Position numbers and translations under genes: made by a program. From NCBI GenBank assembly GCA_040954595.2, contig CM082580.2:2594783-2658782 (forward strand): a DNA stretch of 64,000 nucleotides. Reading direction: 5' to 3'. This document shows positions 24,519-38,507 of the stretch, one piece after another. The DNA is from Balanoglossus misakiensis (taxonomy: Eukaryota > Animalia > Hemichordata). The notes under the pieces are model-generated. The model searched no databases, was not told the origin of the DNA, and saw only the letters and a list, made by a program, of their open reading frames with translations. Within the stretch, counting starts at the first letter, position 1; each line of letters begins with the position of its first letter.

Positions 24519-27500
24519 TTTTCTCTTCATCAACCTCCTTTTCTTGGCTGTCATTCAAAGGATCTGAATAAAATACATAATAGAATGATACAGCATGTGC
24601 AAGCGACAATAGAAAACATTGTTACAAGTTCCCCATCTATAATCTGCGCTAAAATGTATTAGTTTGTGCTTATGTCCAATGCATAATAAAAAGGTATCAA
24701 AAATCACTTTGAGACTAATGCCTAAATAGGCAATGTTGGAAAGGTTACAAGTAAGTGTGTTAAAATTCAATGGGTCATATTTACACTGATGTAATGCTTT
24801 CAAAATATCTAACTCAAACGAAGGTATAATTTATTATTATACATCTAGTGCTGAGAACAATAGATTTTGGCGTGCAATAAAAAGCCGTACGGAACGGTAC
24901 GTACGGAACGCGTGTTAAATACGTCTTTAGTTTCAAGGCGCCCCCAACTCACTGTGTACAGGTATGCGTTGTTATGCGGACGGTTTCAAGACACCCCCAC
25001 TCCAACGCACGTAAACAAAAAAGAAAGGTGGCTGCTCACTGAGTCAACTAAGCGGTTTTTGATCGTTTGTATCGGCATTTTGGGCGTTTTGAAAGTCAAG
25101 TAACATGCAACACAAGAACTAACGGAGATGTAAGATGTATAATAATAAGGTTATTACGAAAATACTCGGACATTAGCGCAGCGCATCGCCCTCCGCTACG
25201 CGTCGGGCAATACTTGGCGCTAATGTCCTCGTGCATACTTTGCGGTATTTTCGTAATAACCTCATAATAATAACACATGATAGCGAGTGCAACATCACGA
25301 TTTGAAGCCTGCACAAGGGATGGTGATCTCTGTCCAAAATATTGGTGATAACTGAGTCGCAGGCGAGGGTATCATCAATATTTTATAGGGTAAACCACTA
25401 AAGTTCAAACTTCTCCAAAAATGCCAGGAGTTGTACACTTGATGAATGCTATCTTATACAAAAAGTGGCATCTTATATAAAAGAAAATTTGATCCCAAGG
25501 AAGTCTGATGCCATCTTACCTTTGTCAACATTTTCAGCTAACACTTCAGATCCTGGTACAAAATCTGGAGCCTTCACTTCTCCATACTCTTTCAATGTGA
25601 CATCTCTACTGTATTCGGTTGGTTTGCCCTGGGTACAAACAATTTTGAAGATATCAAGATTTCTATTCTCTCCATGCACTTTCTGTTTTACACAGATTTA
25701 AAGTCAACATGCAATAAAAATGTACTTAAAGGGACAAAGTCTCTCTGTCGCTGCCTTTTTCCCATTAATTATGTTTGATACAAAACACTGTTTGTTATTC
25801 TACATGTTAATATATAGTGAATCAACGTTCGACTACACACACTTTCCAACCCGCTTGTAGACAAAAAAAGTGAGAAACTCGCCCAAAATGAATAATCGGT
25901 CTCTACTGTTTATTCATTTTGGGCGAGATTTTTTCTCTCATTTCCTACAAACGGGATGGAAGTTGTGTGTGGTCGAACGTTGATTCACATGTAGAAAAAC
26001 ATGAACGGTGTCTTGTATCAAACATAATTAATGGGAAAAGGGCAGCGAGAGAGAGAGACTTTGACCTTTTGAAGGTAGCATGTGAGGTTTGTGACACAAT
26101 CAACAATTTCTCAGTCAAATAAATTGTCCATACCAGCTACATGTTCAGGGAAGGCTCTATGAATTTTATTTCTGTGCCATCAAAATATGCAGTACTGATA
26201 GGATTTGTCCTGCACATCACAAGCCATAGCTTCTACTTCCTGCTTCCTGCTCAGCAAGAAGAATGCTGGGACGGATTTCAGTTGGAAAATAAATGTGCAA
26301 TCTTACCCTGTCTTTCTTGTGTAGCAGAGTGGGATTGACCATTCTGTATAACTGTACCAATGATCTTGCTGCTGTTGACACTGCTTTATCACGATTCGTT
26401 TTATACTGAGCTAAATCCTGCATCAAATCTTGTGTCATTACTAGTGGACACCTTGAACACACTTCTCTAATAGCATTGATTCTGAAAAAAAATTAAACAT
26501 CATAATTATTATAATGGCTTTAACACCAAAGTCTTAATCAATTTGGGAAACTGCTGGGGATGTGCTGAATACCACGGTGGCCCCCTAGACTCTCTCACAG
26601 CCCACGGTTCGCTACAAGGCTCTTCACTGATGCGCCCTCAACCGTTTGGCAAGGGAGAAGCCCCATATGGTGTTGTGTAGCGAACCTTAGGGCTGTTAAC
26701 ACTTATTTATTCGAACATATTTTCGATTTTTCTAATTGGCTAAGTGTCTGAGCACATTGGGCAAGATTCCTGCCCGATGTGATAGAAGGGGGTTTCCTGA
26801 GTACCGAGATTGACAGATCTGCTCTAGCGATTATGGGTAAACATGATACCAGATGTGTACTAATATATTAAAAACTCCTTGGGACAAACAACAAGCCTCC
26901 TTATTATCCAAACAACATAACTTTCTTACCAGATAAAAGTGTTTGATTCTAATGTTGAATTTCTGAGAAAATAATTTATCTGACCTGTAGTTTTTTTGGC
27001 TCGCGTACGCTTTTATTTGGAAACTTACTTAAAGAAATCATAAGCCACCGTGTCCAAAATGGCAAAAAACTTGGTTTTCTCGCTGCATAAATTATATTAC
27101 ATGGAATTCTGTTATTTTGGAAAGATCATTTTAATTTCTTAAAACCCCAATAGCTGCCACTTTTACCATATTTTTAATCTATGAAATACTTCAATTTTCT
27201 CCGTGTCCTTAAAAGACAAATGGCACTATTTCAACTTTGTGGGAATTTTAATCACAATTGATGTGTATACTTGCAATGGGTAGTTGAATAAACGGGTGCG
27301 GCACCTGTTTATTATTTAACTTGTTCATATTGAATTATATTATATCATGCTACCGTCTGCAATTCTGATTGAACGAGAGCTCAATCCAGCGATGCTAAAA
27401 TTAAGCAATAAAACACCCCCAGCCATGGTATACCACGAGATTTTGACCAGTTCACGACATATACGCACGAGCGATAGCCAGTGCGTATATGGAGTTGAAC

Positions 27501-30500
27501 TGGTCAAAATCTCGTGGTATACCATGGCTGGGGGTGTTTTATTGCTATTATATTATACCAGTATATTGAAACTTTGCATAAAACATTTTAAAAAGGCATT
27601 TTCTTTGACTATGATATATGACTGCGGTATATGACTAATATATCACAGTCACGTGACGTGTCTCGACCAATAAAATAGCGTGATTCACACCATCAATATA
27701 CTGGTATAATATAATACTCAATAATGCACTGCTAAAACGGGCCCCTGAACTAGCATACGGCAGCAAAAATCTGCGGTTAAACCACAGTCGCGCGTGTTTA
27801 AACAAAATAAATAAAACAAAAATACTGTTGAATTAACGGACGTTTTATTTTGGAACTACTCTGTGGGAATATTTGTCACTTTGCCACGCGCGATGCCCGT
27901 CTTGTCACTTTTTGTCGTCTGCTTCATGTTTAACGCTCGTGTTTACATTCATCGTCACCATGTTAGTTCACGATCGTAATTTCTCTTTCTGACGCCGTTT
28001 CGGTAAGAAAATGACACTGATATGCCACAAAAACAATTGTTGATATAATAGCAATAACCCCCGCCTGAGACGGCTCGTGCTATATGTCTCGAATTGTACC
28101 CAAATCTCGTGTATACCCGCCTGCAGCGGGGGTTGTTGCTTAAATATACATCCACAATCAGAGGCTGATAATACAATATATGCTTTTTTGCACACAACTT
28201 GTGTGGGGGCTCTTTCTATTGATCTGACAAACTATTTTATGAGGTATAACCTTGTTAATAAAAAAAACAATGGGTTTGGACTGAACCATGGTGGTGAAGG
28301 GGTTAATGGATTTCAACAATAACTTACCCTACTGCCATGACTTCATTGGAATTCCTTTCTGTCACAAAATTATTTGCAATTGTCATCAAGGCTGGTTGGA
28401 TGACCTCTGGTGGTACCAATTCATGGCTGGACTGTGCAACCAAAAGTAACAGTTTTGTAACCTCTGAAATATTACAGAAAAATCCCAGAAAATATTACAG
28501 AGAAATTAAACCACATATTGGAATCATTCCACTACACCAATTTTCATGTGAGATGCTTTAATTACTGCCATTACAATTTACATAATAAATGGTAAACACT
28601 GGTTATTCATTTTGGCGAGTTTTGGATGGAAGGTGTGTGTGGTTGAACGTTGACTCACTATATATCCACATGTAGAATAATATAAACAGTGTCTTGTATC
28701 AAACATAATTAATGGAAAAAGGGCGGCGAGAGAGAGATTATGTCCCACAACAGACTGAATGTCCTGCACAACTGAGCCAGGTGCTGAATGCAGCGAGCCA
28801 GCTGGCTAGCCTGGTTCACCACTGCAGGCCCACGATGCAATGCGTGCTTGCTGAGCTCACCAGACTGATAATCATCAGAGACATCCCGTTCATAGTGTAC
28901 ATGTATGCATATGCTATGGAGATTGAAGACCTACCTCTCTGATGTGGCTGTAAAAACCTCTGAAGAAATGGATACAAATTGAAGAGAAACAATTGATGTA
29001 TTCCAACAAGTCTTGATATTAAATTCATCATCATCAGCCTCACTTCAAATCTCTCTGTTGAAGATTCCAGCTGTTTGAAAAGTTTTTCCGCAAAATCTAT
29101 TGAGAAACAAAAAAACAAATTTAATAGAAATGGATCAACATTAGCCATGAGAAAGCAAAGTGTGCGTGGTCTTTCGAGTTTCTCAAACTAGTTGGATACA
29201 TTCAAATAAACTGGACAACCCACACTGCACCAATACAATGTAATGAATACAACTCTCTTTGTACAGTCAGTTCTCCAAACTGTTACAGGAAATGCTTATT
29301 GTCAAAACCCACCTTGTGGATCATGGATCAAATGCAATGCGGAGAAATTAAAAGATTCTGGTTTCTTTTTGTTCCTGTGTCTCTGAAATAAGAACATTAG
29401 TAGAAATTTACTAATGAATGCTAAACTATACTAGGGAGTAGTGTTACAGTGTACACCAGACAACAATTACAGTCAACATCAGCTAATAGCATTGCACTGC
29501 AAGTCTTTTATCTATTGTATATGAACTCCTACAATTTAATGTTCAGAATAATACTAATATAAATGCATTGCACATAACACTCAGGTACCAACATGTGGGG
29601 ATTTAATTCACATCAATTTGTCAATTGGTATTCACGTACACAATACTTCTAGTACATCCAAGTATACAAACTGAAGAAAATACTGTAAAACACTTTATTT
29701 TCGTGAGCAATAAATTTTCGCCAAATACGCGAGAGCCAAAAAACTTTTTTTTGAAGATAACGATGCAGTGAAACGCGAAAATTAATACTCGTGAAACAGT
29801 GGCCTCTCTCGATACCGCGGAAATTTCAACTCGCGAAAATAAAGTGTTTTACAGTATCACCATGCCATGTATGTACATCAACATTACCTTTAAAATTTTC
29901 ATTGCTCGCTCGAACTTCTTTTTCCTTTTTCTCGTTTTCTTGTTTACACCGTGTTTCATAACAATCTGTTTGGGTGTGGGGACATTGTCCTGTGGGGAAA
30001 AAAAAGTTATTTTGGTTATCATGGGTATTAAACACAAATCACAAAGGTGACAACTTAAGTTATGATGATGTCCAATCCAGGAACAATTCATGGTTCTGAA
30101 TACCAATCTGCCCATCTTTCGCCACAGAGGGTGAACAAATCACAATTGAATTTTTAATTTCAAGCATTTTTTTCTCTTCAATTCCCAAAGAACGACTGTA
30201 CATGAGGCCTTGCATGAAACAAATTGTGGTGTTCACTACGGGGGATATGGATGATTCAAGCATTCACATAGTGAATGTCACCTCTATGGGGAAGAGGGGG
30301 TCCAGCTATATATCAAATAATAACAATAATAATAATAATATTTGTTTCTTATATAGCGCATTACATAATGGTATAAATCTCAATGCGCTTTACAACATGA
30401 TAAAAAGTACACTTAAATTGTAATAATAATTTTAAAAAGTTATACAAGCTAAAAAAAATTGACATAACTACGCTAAAAGAGGTATATAAAAGTTGCAAAA

Positions 30501-33500
30501 TGTGTAAAAGAATTAGTGTGACCTATATGCTTTCAGAAAAAGATGGGTTTTAAGTTGTGTTTTGAAAGAAGACAGGGAAGGTGCATTTTTAATTGAAGCA
30601 TCAAGGGAATTCCATAGCCTGGGAGCAGCTACCGAACAAGCTCGTTTACCACAATGCTCCTGGTTAAAGCGAGGTTGAACAAGTCTTGTAGCCTGCACAG
30701 AACGCGTTAATCTACCAACCAATGACCATCAGTTTCAGAGCACAATAATAGGGTTATTAACAAAATACAGCCCTGTATGGATGAGGTCACAGTGAGTGAG
30801 GCATTGGACGAGCTGCAGGTGAGTCCAAAACATCACTCACTGACCCTGATTTCATACAGGGACCTATTTTGTGCATAATCATATGTAAATAGGCATGTGA
30901 GAAACATCATGTGGATCTTACCCTGATTTGTTCGCAGATATTTAGACAAAATGCAGACAGAATGCATGCAATCAGAATGGAACTATGCATACAAGTATTT
31001 TAGAAATGTGTAAAAAGTAACCTTGTTTGGCAAGATGTGGTTGTTATGACCAAAGAAAATTATGGTGAACTGTCACATGAGTGACAAAGTGCTTTTTTGA
31101 AAATTAAACACCATCATAAGAACACTTACATCAGAATCACTATCATCACTGGAATCTTCGCCGTCATCTTCATCTTTACCAAGAAAAAACTTGAATGCTG
31201 CAACCAGAATCTGGTGACAACAAAAACAACATCATGACAGCAAGGGCAAATACAGGGTGCTCTATTAAACTGGTTCACTGACAATACAAACAAAAATCGC
31301 GTCGAGGACACGGTGGTCCCATTTAGGGCCGGGATTACACAAGAAAAAGTCTACACCGGAGAACATATAAAGACAGAGAGACACACACACACACATAGAA
31401 AGCAAACACTGACTGACCCATAAGCTGTCAATGACATGTGTACTGTACGGGTAAGCCTAATTCAAGATTCAAGTTTCACGTTCCACAGCCCAAGATTCAT
31501 ATTCTGATTCAGATTCGAGTCTTGTCTAATATGTTTATGCTGCCGTAACCAGGGGTGTGCGTACGATTGTTTATTGTCCTCGATCCCCGCCCTCGCCTAA
31601 GCAAGGTTCCCCAAATATTCTGTTCGATTATCGCGTGACGTCATTGTCGGGTATCTCTGCAAGTTCAGTTTCAACAACATTTTTCAAAGAGAGATGCACC
31701 CTATTTATTATTTTCTAACACATGAATGACCCTAGGCCTGAGATCGCACCATGGCCGGCAATCTTGGTATTCACAGATACTTTTAAGCGTAATTCTGATA
31801 TAATTGATATGTTTAGGGTCCGGGTATATTTTACAACCGATAACTAAAGCAAAAGGACTAATTCCTATATTCTGAATCAAGTGAATGCAATGTAGATGGC
31901 GAAAGGACGTGACAAGACTCGAATCTGAATCAGAATATGAATCTTGGGCTGTGGAACGTGAAACTTGAAACGTGAATCTCGAATTAGGCTTACCCGTACT
32001 GTACTGGTGTAACGATTGTCAAGTGAATAAATGCAGTCAGGGATTGATTTCAAGTGATTTAAACTGTACCTTTGTTATTTTGGAGAAGCAAGCTGTTGTT
32101 ATAACATTGACTGTTTTGTCATCATTCCTGTAAAGAAAACAGAAAAGTTTGCAGAATGTACATTAATAGATGTTTATGTTGAGATATGCATGATGATTGT
32201 TTTACCAAGTGTTCACAGACAGTTCACGCTATGATTGTCATAAAGGCTAATTAATAAACATGTATGTAAATTAGACGAAGCGAAAGGATTGATTGCACCT
32301 AACACAGAGGTCGCGTTTATGCAAAAAGTATGCGTATTTGACGCCAAAAATACTCACTTGATGAGAAAATCTAAATAGGAATAGGAATGGCCGCTCTATT
32401 TGCACAATGGTCAGTAAACCATACACATACTATGTCTTATGTCACAGTGGGCCTGGGATCAAAATAAATATATCACTTGTGCGAGCGAATTTTGTACTCA
32501 AAATGTAACAACTACTAGTGCGTGTGTCCTTTTGTACTCAAAATGTAGCTAATTTTGTTTAATGAATATTGAACTAGACATGTGTACAACGCAGGCTGAA
32601 AGGAGTTTGACGCATTTTTTTTTGATGAATGCATCAAAAATATGCACTCAAAAAAATATTACTGCGACCTCTGCTAACATGAGGTAAAATAGACAATAAC
32701 ATTCATAGTACATGTAGTGCCCCAAAATCACAAATGTGCACATTTCTGCACCACTAAACATAGATAAAAACAGACTGATGATGGCTGCAAGACAAAAACT
32801 GATCCCAAAGCCAGCAATAGACTATTGTGTACATGTATAGTTAGCTAAAAAGGATGTTAGACATTACCAGATGTTTCTTTTATACAGTTCAATCATGACA
32901 TCCAACGACATCTTTGCTGCTATGTGATTACTATCTTGTAACATGGTGTACATGAAATTCTGCAGAGTCTGCATGAAAACAAGTGATTGTAAAGAGAAAA
33001 TGTTAGAATCTTTAAGTTGTGAATGCCTAAGCACAGTTATGTTACTCGTTGCAATCTGTACATGTCACTATGGCTATAAAATAGGCTATTTATAGGACAC
33101 CTGTCTATGTATAAAGATCACTATTGCACTGAATGAAATGGACAATGAGTACTACATGTGACAGCGTGAAGAGCTGCTGTAAATGGTTACTGTGACGTCA
33201 TGGTTCATTTTGGCTTTGCATGTTTGGCTAATTAGTGTAAAAATCTTCTGGCCAAATGTACTGTATGTGTGTAAAATGCTACTGTTTGGATAGAGACAGA
33301 GAGACAGAGAAAGAGAGATAGAGAGAGGGGGAGGGAGGGAGGGAGGGACAGGGAGGGAGACAGAGAGAGAGAGGGAGGGACGGAGAGAGAGAGAGCGAGC
33401 AAGAGAGAGAGAGAGGGGGAGGGAGGGAGGGAGGGACAGGGAGGGAGACAGAGAGAGAGAGGGAGGGACGGAGAGAGAGAGAGCGAGCAAGAGAGAGAGA

Positions 33501-36500
33501 GAGGGAGGGAGAGAGAGTGTGTGTGTGTGGGGGGGGGGGGGGTTGGATGGGTGAGTCACTCACTCACTCACTCAGAATGAGTGATCGGGGAAGCAAGCAA
33601 GTAAGGGAATGCCTAAGTCATGAATGCATGTTCTTTGGTGTCAAGCTAATACACACAATACTTACGGTGTTTAACTTGTTGTTTTTACTCTTGGCATTAA
33701 CATTCTTGATGTCAGTCACAATGTGATTAAAGAGTGTCTTCCTGAGTAGCTTGTCTTGGCAACGAAACAACTCAAAAAACAGTTCCAACAAATTGGTCGG
33801 CGAGAGGAGGTCTTTATTTCTGAGAAGGATAAGAGCTCGGCATATTGTCTGAAGGAAATAAGGAAAGAAATATTTCAAAAAGGTTGCAATATTTGACCTG
33901 AAATACATGTACATTTGAAATGTGAAATTTATATCTAAATGCATGACATCAACCGTTAATGTCCAAATAATTGTCCATATTCTCATAAAAGGCAAGACAC
34001 AATAACTATCAAAAATTGAAAAATAAATTTAGAATAATATTTTTTTACAAGAATGATTACTTTGTAAGGCATACCATTATTTTAACTGTAAGAATGGCCC
34101 TCTTCTGACTCAATGACAATATTTAAAAATCGCGTCAAGGACACGGTGGTCCCATTTAGGGATTACACAAGAAAAAAGTCCCATTTCCCAAACTCCCATC
34201 TACAGCCCGTAATGCATCTGCGCATCAAATTAGACGCGCAGCGGTTTTCAAGTTTTTGATATGGATGGACATACAGACATCCATCCATCCATACAAACAG
34301 ACGCAACTGATCCCATGAGGTCCCATGGTATATATACATAACCAAACGGGACTTAGAAATGCAGATTCAAAAACATTCAAGCGATTCCATAGGTGACTTG
34401 CATCATATCATGACTTGTTAAATTGTCATAAAACTCTAAAAAATTAGTGTTACCATTCTTAGTTCAGGATCCAGAAGTGTGTAATGGCCGCGTAAGAGTT
34501 CCTTCAGCTCCTGAGGAAAATTTGCCAAGTGATCTGGGTAACAATGTGAAACCTGTAGAAGCATAACAACATTAATTGTGTTTGATGCAAGACACTGTTT
34601 ATTTTATTCTACATGTGGATATATAGTGAATCAACGTTCGACCACACACAACTTCCATCCTGTTTGTAGGATATGAGAGTAAAAATCTCGCCAAAATGAA
34701 TAAACAGTAGAGACCGATTATTCACTTTGGCGAGTTTTTCACTCTTGTGTCTAAAAGTGGGATGGAAGTTGTGTGTGGTCAAATGTTCATTCACTATATA
34801 TCTACATTCTCTAAAGAAGTAAGTTTGAGTCATGTACACGCAAATATGTGCAACTACTTACCTGACTGAGGAACATGATCAGGTCTGCTAGACTTTTGGA
34901 ATACACAGATGGCTTGAGTTGAAAAATCTGTACACTAGATTGGTAGTGTCTGTACTGCTGCAGAAACTACAATGGCACATAGAAAATAAAAAGACAAACA
35001 TATCATTTCTCTCTCACTTTTGTCTTTTTATATTAGCACTTTAATTTTATTATCTACGGGTATATCACGGTCACTCCGTGTCTATATGTATGTCTGAGAG
35101 AGACCATGGACCTCCACACATTATTTTCTGTCAAATTAAAATGTGTAATCATTTCCCTGTCTTTCCGTTTTGTCTTTTTCAATTGTTATTTTATGCTCTT
35201 TGATCTTAATCTGCCTTTTTCTGAACAACTATTTTACTTGAACTTTTCCGTGCATTATCAATGATTTCTCGTCTTTCACTCTCTGCTGTTTAACCATAGA
35301 GATATTTTGCTGTTTGTCAACATTATGATTGATTCATAGCATATTGTTGTACCAGCTGGTTTAATTCTAAGTAGCAAATCCAAACTCCTACAAAGTCTCT
35401 CTCAGACACAGTATTATTATTTTTTGTACATGCTTTGCTTGTTCTTTAAAGGGACAAAGTCTCTCTCTCGCTGCCCTTTTTCCATTACCTGGTAATTATG
35501 TTTGATAGAAGACACTGTTTAGGTTATTCTACATGTGGACATATAGTGAATTAACGTTCGACCACACACAACTTTCATCCTGTTTGTAGGATATGAGAGT
35601 CAAAATCTCGCCAAAATGAATAAACGGTAAACACCGATTATTCATTCTGGCGAGTTTTTCACTCTCGTGTCTACAAGTTGGATGGAAGTTTTGTGTAGTC
35701 GAACATTGATTCACTATACCGGTTTATCCACATGTAGACTAACATAAACGGTATCTTGTATCAAACATAATAAATGAAAAAATTGCAGCAAGACAGAGAC
35801 AACTGGTCCTTTGCCTGCTTATCAGCAAAGCATGCATGAGGAGATCAAGGGCCAGTTAGGTGTAACTACCTAAAACAGCATCATTGTTCTTTGCAAACAA
35901 TTCTGTATACATGTCATGTCATCATTATGGACCACTATGTCCATAAACAATAGTTGACCCTCCATAAGAGGTGAGGCATTATTACCCCATTTTTCTAGCC
36001 ACTCCCTCAGTCGCTTCAAATATGGATTCAGGGTAAGTATGCATGTCCCCCCCCCCCAAAAAAAAATAGAACCATGGAATCTGTGATGATTTTGTCTATA
36101 ATCATAGACCCTAGAGAAAGGGTCTATGTTATAAGATTATATGTGCTCGCATTTTCGCATTAATTTAGTAGAACGCGTACTCCCATTGAGAAATCGCCTC
36201 AAAACACACAGAAGATCGTAATGGGCAAATAGGATAGCAGGTATGAATTTAGATGTGGTAGTGGTACGCAGCTGTGCCGGTGGGGAGAGGGGGGCTAATT
36301 ACCCCACATGTCCATGGGCGTAATCAGCCCCCCCCCCCCCCGCCCAACGGTACAGCTCCATGGTACCACAGGCTACAGCTAGTAGTATGAATTTTGACAT
36401 ACATGGATGGTATTAATAATGCCGATTGATTAAATTCCGCCTTTGTGTGAGTGAAAACATCTTTCGAACTTGGCAATGCATGAGTCGGCAGTGGATTTCG

Positions 36501-36732
36501 TTTCATGACTTGCCCCTACCCCTTTTCTGAGGCATAAGCAGGATCGCCGAGTGTGAACTGAAACTGCAGTATGTGGCGGTACCAACATGGTGGTACCACA
36601 GTTCCAGTACATGTACTGATATATTTCATTTTCCATGCTTACCTCATCTGCGTAGGATTGTGGATCGCGTTTAATCAAGTTCTGCAGCTGTGGAAGATTA
36701 GTTGGCAACTGATTCCGATTTCTGTTACTCAT
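22230..36732 (-). CDS. SDAD1: Protein SDA1 homolog (60S ribosomal subunit export/biogenesis factor), 17 exons
   Basis: Exons 36732-36643, 34966-34862, 34552-34454, 33848-33666, 32968-32868, 32127-32070, 31210-31130, 29989-29888, 29382-29313, 29096-28935, 28463-28328, 26481-26307, 25628-25520, 24563-24236, 23862-23778, 23615-23454, 22280-22230. Diagnostic segments: [92 protein letters not shown]. Confidence 0.95.
22336..22544. mobile_element. Tc1/mariner-type MITE with TA target-site duplication
   Basis: ta|ctgtaaaacactttattt ... aaataaagtgttttacag|ta; a second copy lies at 29683-29854. Confidence 0.8.
24832..25272. mobile_element. Interspersed repeat family B (short inner inverted repeats plus terminal hairpin)
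   Basis: An inverted copy at ~54298-54751 is absent from the paralogous site in duplication unit 1 (~42445). Confidence 0.75.
25726..26072. mobile_element. Foldback MITE starting ttaa|agggacaaagtctctct (Kolobok-like)
   Basis: Long imperfect inverted repeat; related copies or fragments at ~28577-28746, ~34572-34810 and ~35446-35810. Confidence 0.6.
27337..28110. mobile_element. Family A element with a nested hairpin-plus-TIR element (27402-27715)
   Basis: The family A body is interrupted after gcgatgctaaaat by a ~145-bp palindrome followed by a segment bounded by tattatattataccagtatattga / tcaatatactggtataatataata. Confidence 0.7.
29683..29854. mobile_element. Tc1/mariner-type MITE, second copy
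   Basis: Same TIRs and TA flanks as 22336-22544. Confidence 0.8.
30316..30720 (-). mobile_element. 3' end of an L2/CR1-group LINE (5'-truncated)
   Basis: [38 protein letters not shown]2 C-terminus, then a short 3' UTR and a (TAT)n tail at ~30316-30340. Confidence 0.8.
31449..31995. mobile_element. MITE with GGG...CCC termini and a 9-bp TSD (Mutator-like)
   Basis: TIRs gggtaagcctaattc...gaattaggcttaccc; TSD gtactgtac on both sides; an inverted copy lies at 38017-38499. Confidence 0.85.
33290..33545. repeat. Compound GA/GGA/GT microsatellite with an internal duplicated unit
   Basis: Purine-rich low-complexity tract in an SDAD1 intron. Confidence 0.9.
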
Positions 36733-36929
36733 TTTGATGATTTCACGCTCTGTATCCGTTTCTATCAGTGGTTACACGTGTTGTGTTCGTTAGTTGGTCA
36801 ACCTAGGTCAAGGGTCAAGAAAATGTGAGTGCGCCCTCACACACGCTGCCGAAGTTGTTCACGTTTTCACATTCGTATTGTACATGCATTGGTGTATGTT
36901 TAGTTCACCTTGCACAGACCAGTAATTGG

Positions 36930-37225
36930 AAATGGTCAATGAAGCATTGGAGGAATACAACATCACCACACCTAACCCAATCTGATTAAAATCAGATGTA
37001 GGGAACGGCGACTTGTTTTTTTTATGCTGTCGCGACAGCATAAAAAAACCAAGTCGCCGTTCCCTACATCTGATTTTAATCAGATTGCACCTAACCCTAC
37101 GTATACGCTCATCACAGAAATGCTCGAATTCATCCTCACCAAAAACTATTTCCAATTCAATGAGAAATTCTATCTGCAAGTACACGGCACAGCTATGGGC
37201 AGTAAGGTCGCGCCATCTTATGAAA
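36930..37225 (+). mobile_element. Penelope-like reverse transcriptase fragment interrupted by a MITE
   Basis: ...EALEEYNITTPNP[MITE]TYTLITEMLEFILTKNYFQFNEKFYLQVHGTAMGSKVAPSY, the typical Penelope-like RT motif Q..G.AMGS..AP. Confidence 0.75.
36978..37087. mobile_element. 110-bp near-perfect palindromic MITE with a 9-bp TSD
   Basis: caatctgattaaaatcagatgtagggaacggcgac...gtcgccgttccctacatctgattttaatcagattg; TSD cacctaacc at 36969-36977 and 37088-37096. Confidence 0.88.
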
Positions 37226-38016
37226 AGATAACTATTGTTGTTCATTCTTGTATTATTACAGTCACACATATACATAAAGCTATCCATTTCAAGTATACCT
37301 TACATTTTGTCATTTTGAAAGCTTTGTATAATTAAATACTTGCATGTTATCCTTATTTTAAAAAAAGTGCAAACCCACGGATGAAAACATCAGGGGCTAG
37401 TTATCCTTGGTGTTGTTTGTTGCGAGTTTAAATTGTTAAACATTTTAAATGAACGAATCATATTGTATCAATTTAAAAATTCAAAATGGCCGCCAGTCAA
37501 TGTATTAACTGTATGGAAAAAAATAAAGTAGTAATTTTCATGAAGACAAAGTGGTGAATGAATTATTTTCTTCTTTGTTTCCAAAAAGACTTCTCATAAA
37601 CCTTAATATTGCAAAGAATTAAAAGGTTTGGGTGACTATTATTTTTCTAAAAGCAAGAAACAAAAGAAAAACAAAAAATTATTCCAAGGTGACATTTGCA
37701 CATTTGTCAGTGATAGGTACAGTTCACAGTCTCGTGGGAATTGAAATGTAAATACACCACGATTGCGCCTGTGACATAGGGGATTGTCGTGTGGTACAGT
37801 TGAATGTAAAGTCGGTTCTTTTGATGTCAAATTATTTGGCTTCTCTTTGTGAGTGTAATGAAAGACTACAAAAATTTGGGACAATTCACCCGGCTTCATC
37901 AAATATTACACTATGAATTTAGATCTTAGCATGGCACCAATCATTTCCCAAGGGCAAACCATTCTGCTATCCCCGGCGTGTCCGCTACACTTTTAAATTT
38001 AATGGCTCAGTATAAG

Positions 38017-38499
38017 GGGTAAGCCTAATTCAAGATTCACGTTTCAAGTTTCACGTTTCACGTTCCACAGCCCAAGATTCATATTCTGATTCAGATTCGA
38101 GTCTTGTCACGTCCTTTCGCCGTCTACATTTCATTCACTTGATTCAGAATATAGGAAAACCTATCAATTATATCACAATTACGCTTAAAAGTATCTGTGA
38201 ATACCGAGATTGCAGGCCATGGTGCGATCTCAGGCCTAGGGTCATTCATGTGTTAGAAAATAATAAATAGGGTGCATCTCTTTGAAAAATGTTGTTGAAA
38301 CTGATCGTGAAGAGATACCCGACAATGACGTCACGCGATAATCGAACAGAATATTTGGGGAAACTTGCTTGGGCGCGGGCGGGGATCGAGGACAATAAAC
38401 GATCGTACGCACCCCTGGAGACTCGAATCTGAATCAGAATATGAATCTTGGGCTGTGGAACGTGAAACTTGAAACGTGAATCTTGAATTAGGCTTACCC
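38017..38499. mobile_element. Mutator-like MITE (second copy), 9-bp TSD
   Basis: TSD cagtataag; absent from duplication units 2 and 3 (ctcagtataagtgtgtc). Confidence 0.85.
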
Positions 38500-38507
38500 C
38501 AGTATAA

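Noticed and set aside
33152-33563. Ser/Leu/Pro-rich ORFs
   Set aside because: Translations of a GA-rich microsatellite in an SDAD1 intron.
37639-37902. 87-aa ORF repeated at 50019 and 61748
   Set aside because: Conserved only because it lies in the recent duplication; the ends differ and there is no domain or splice support.
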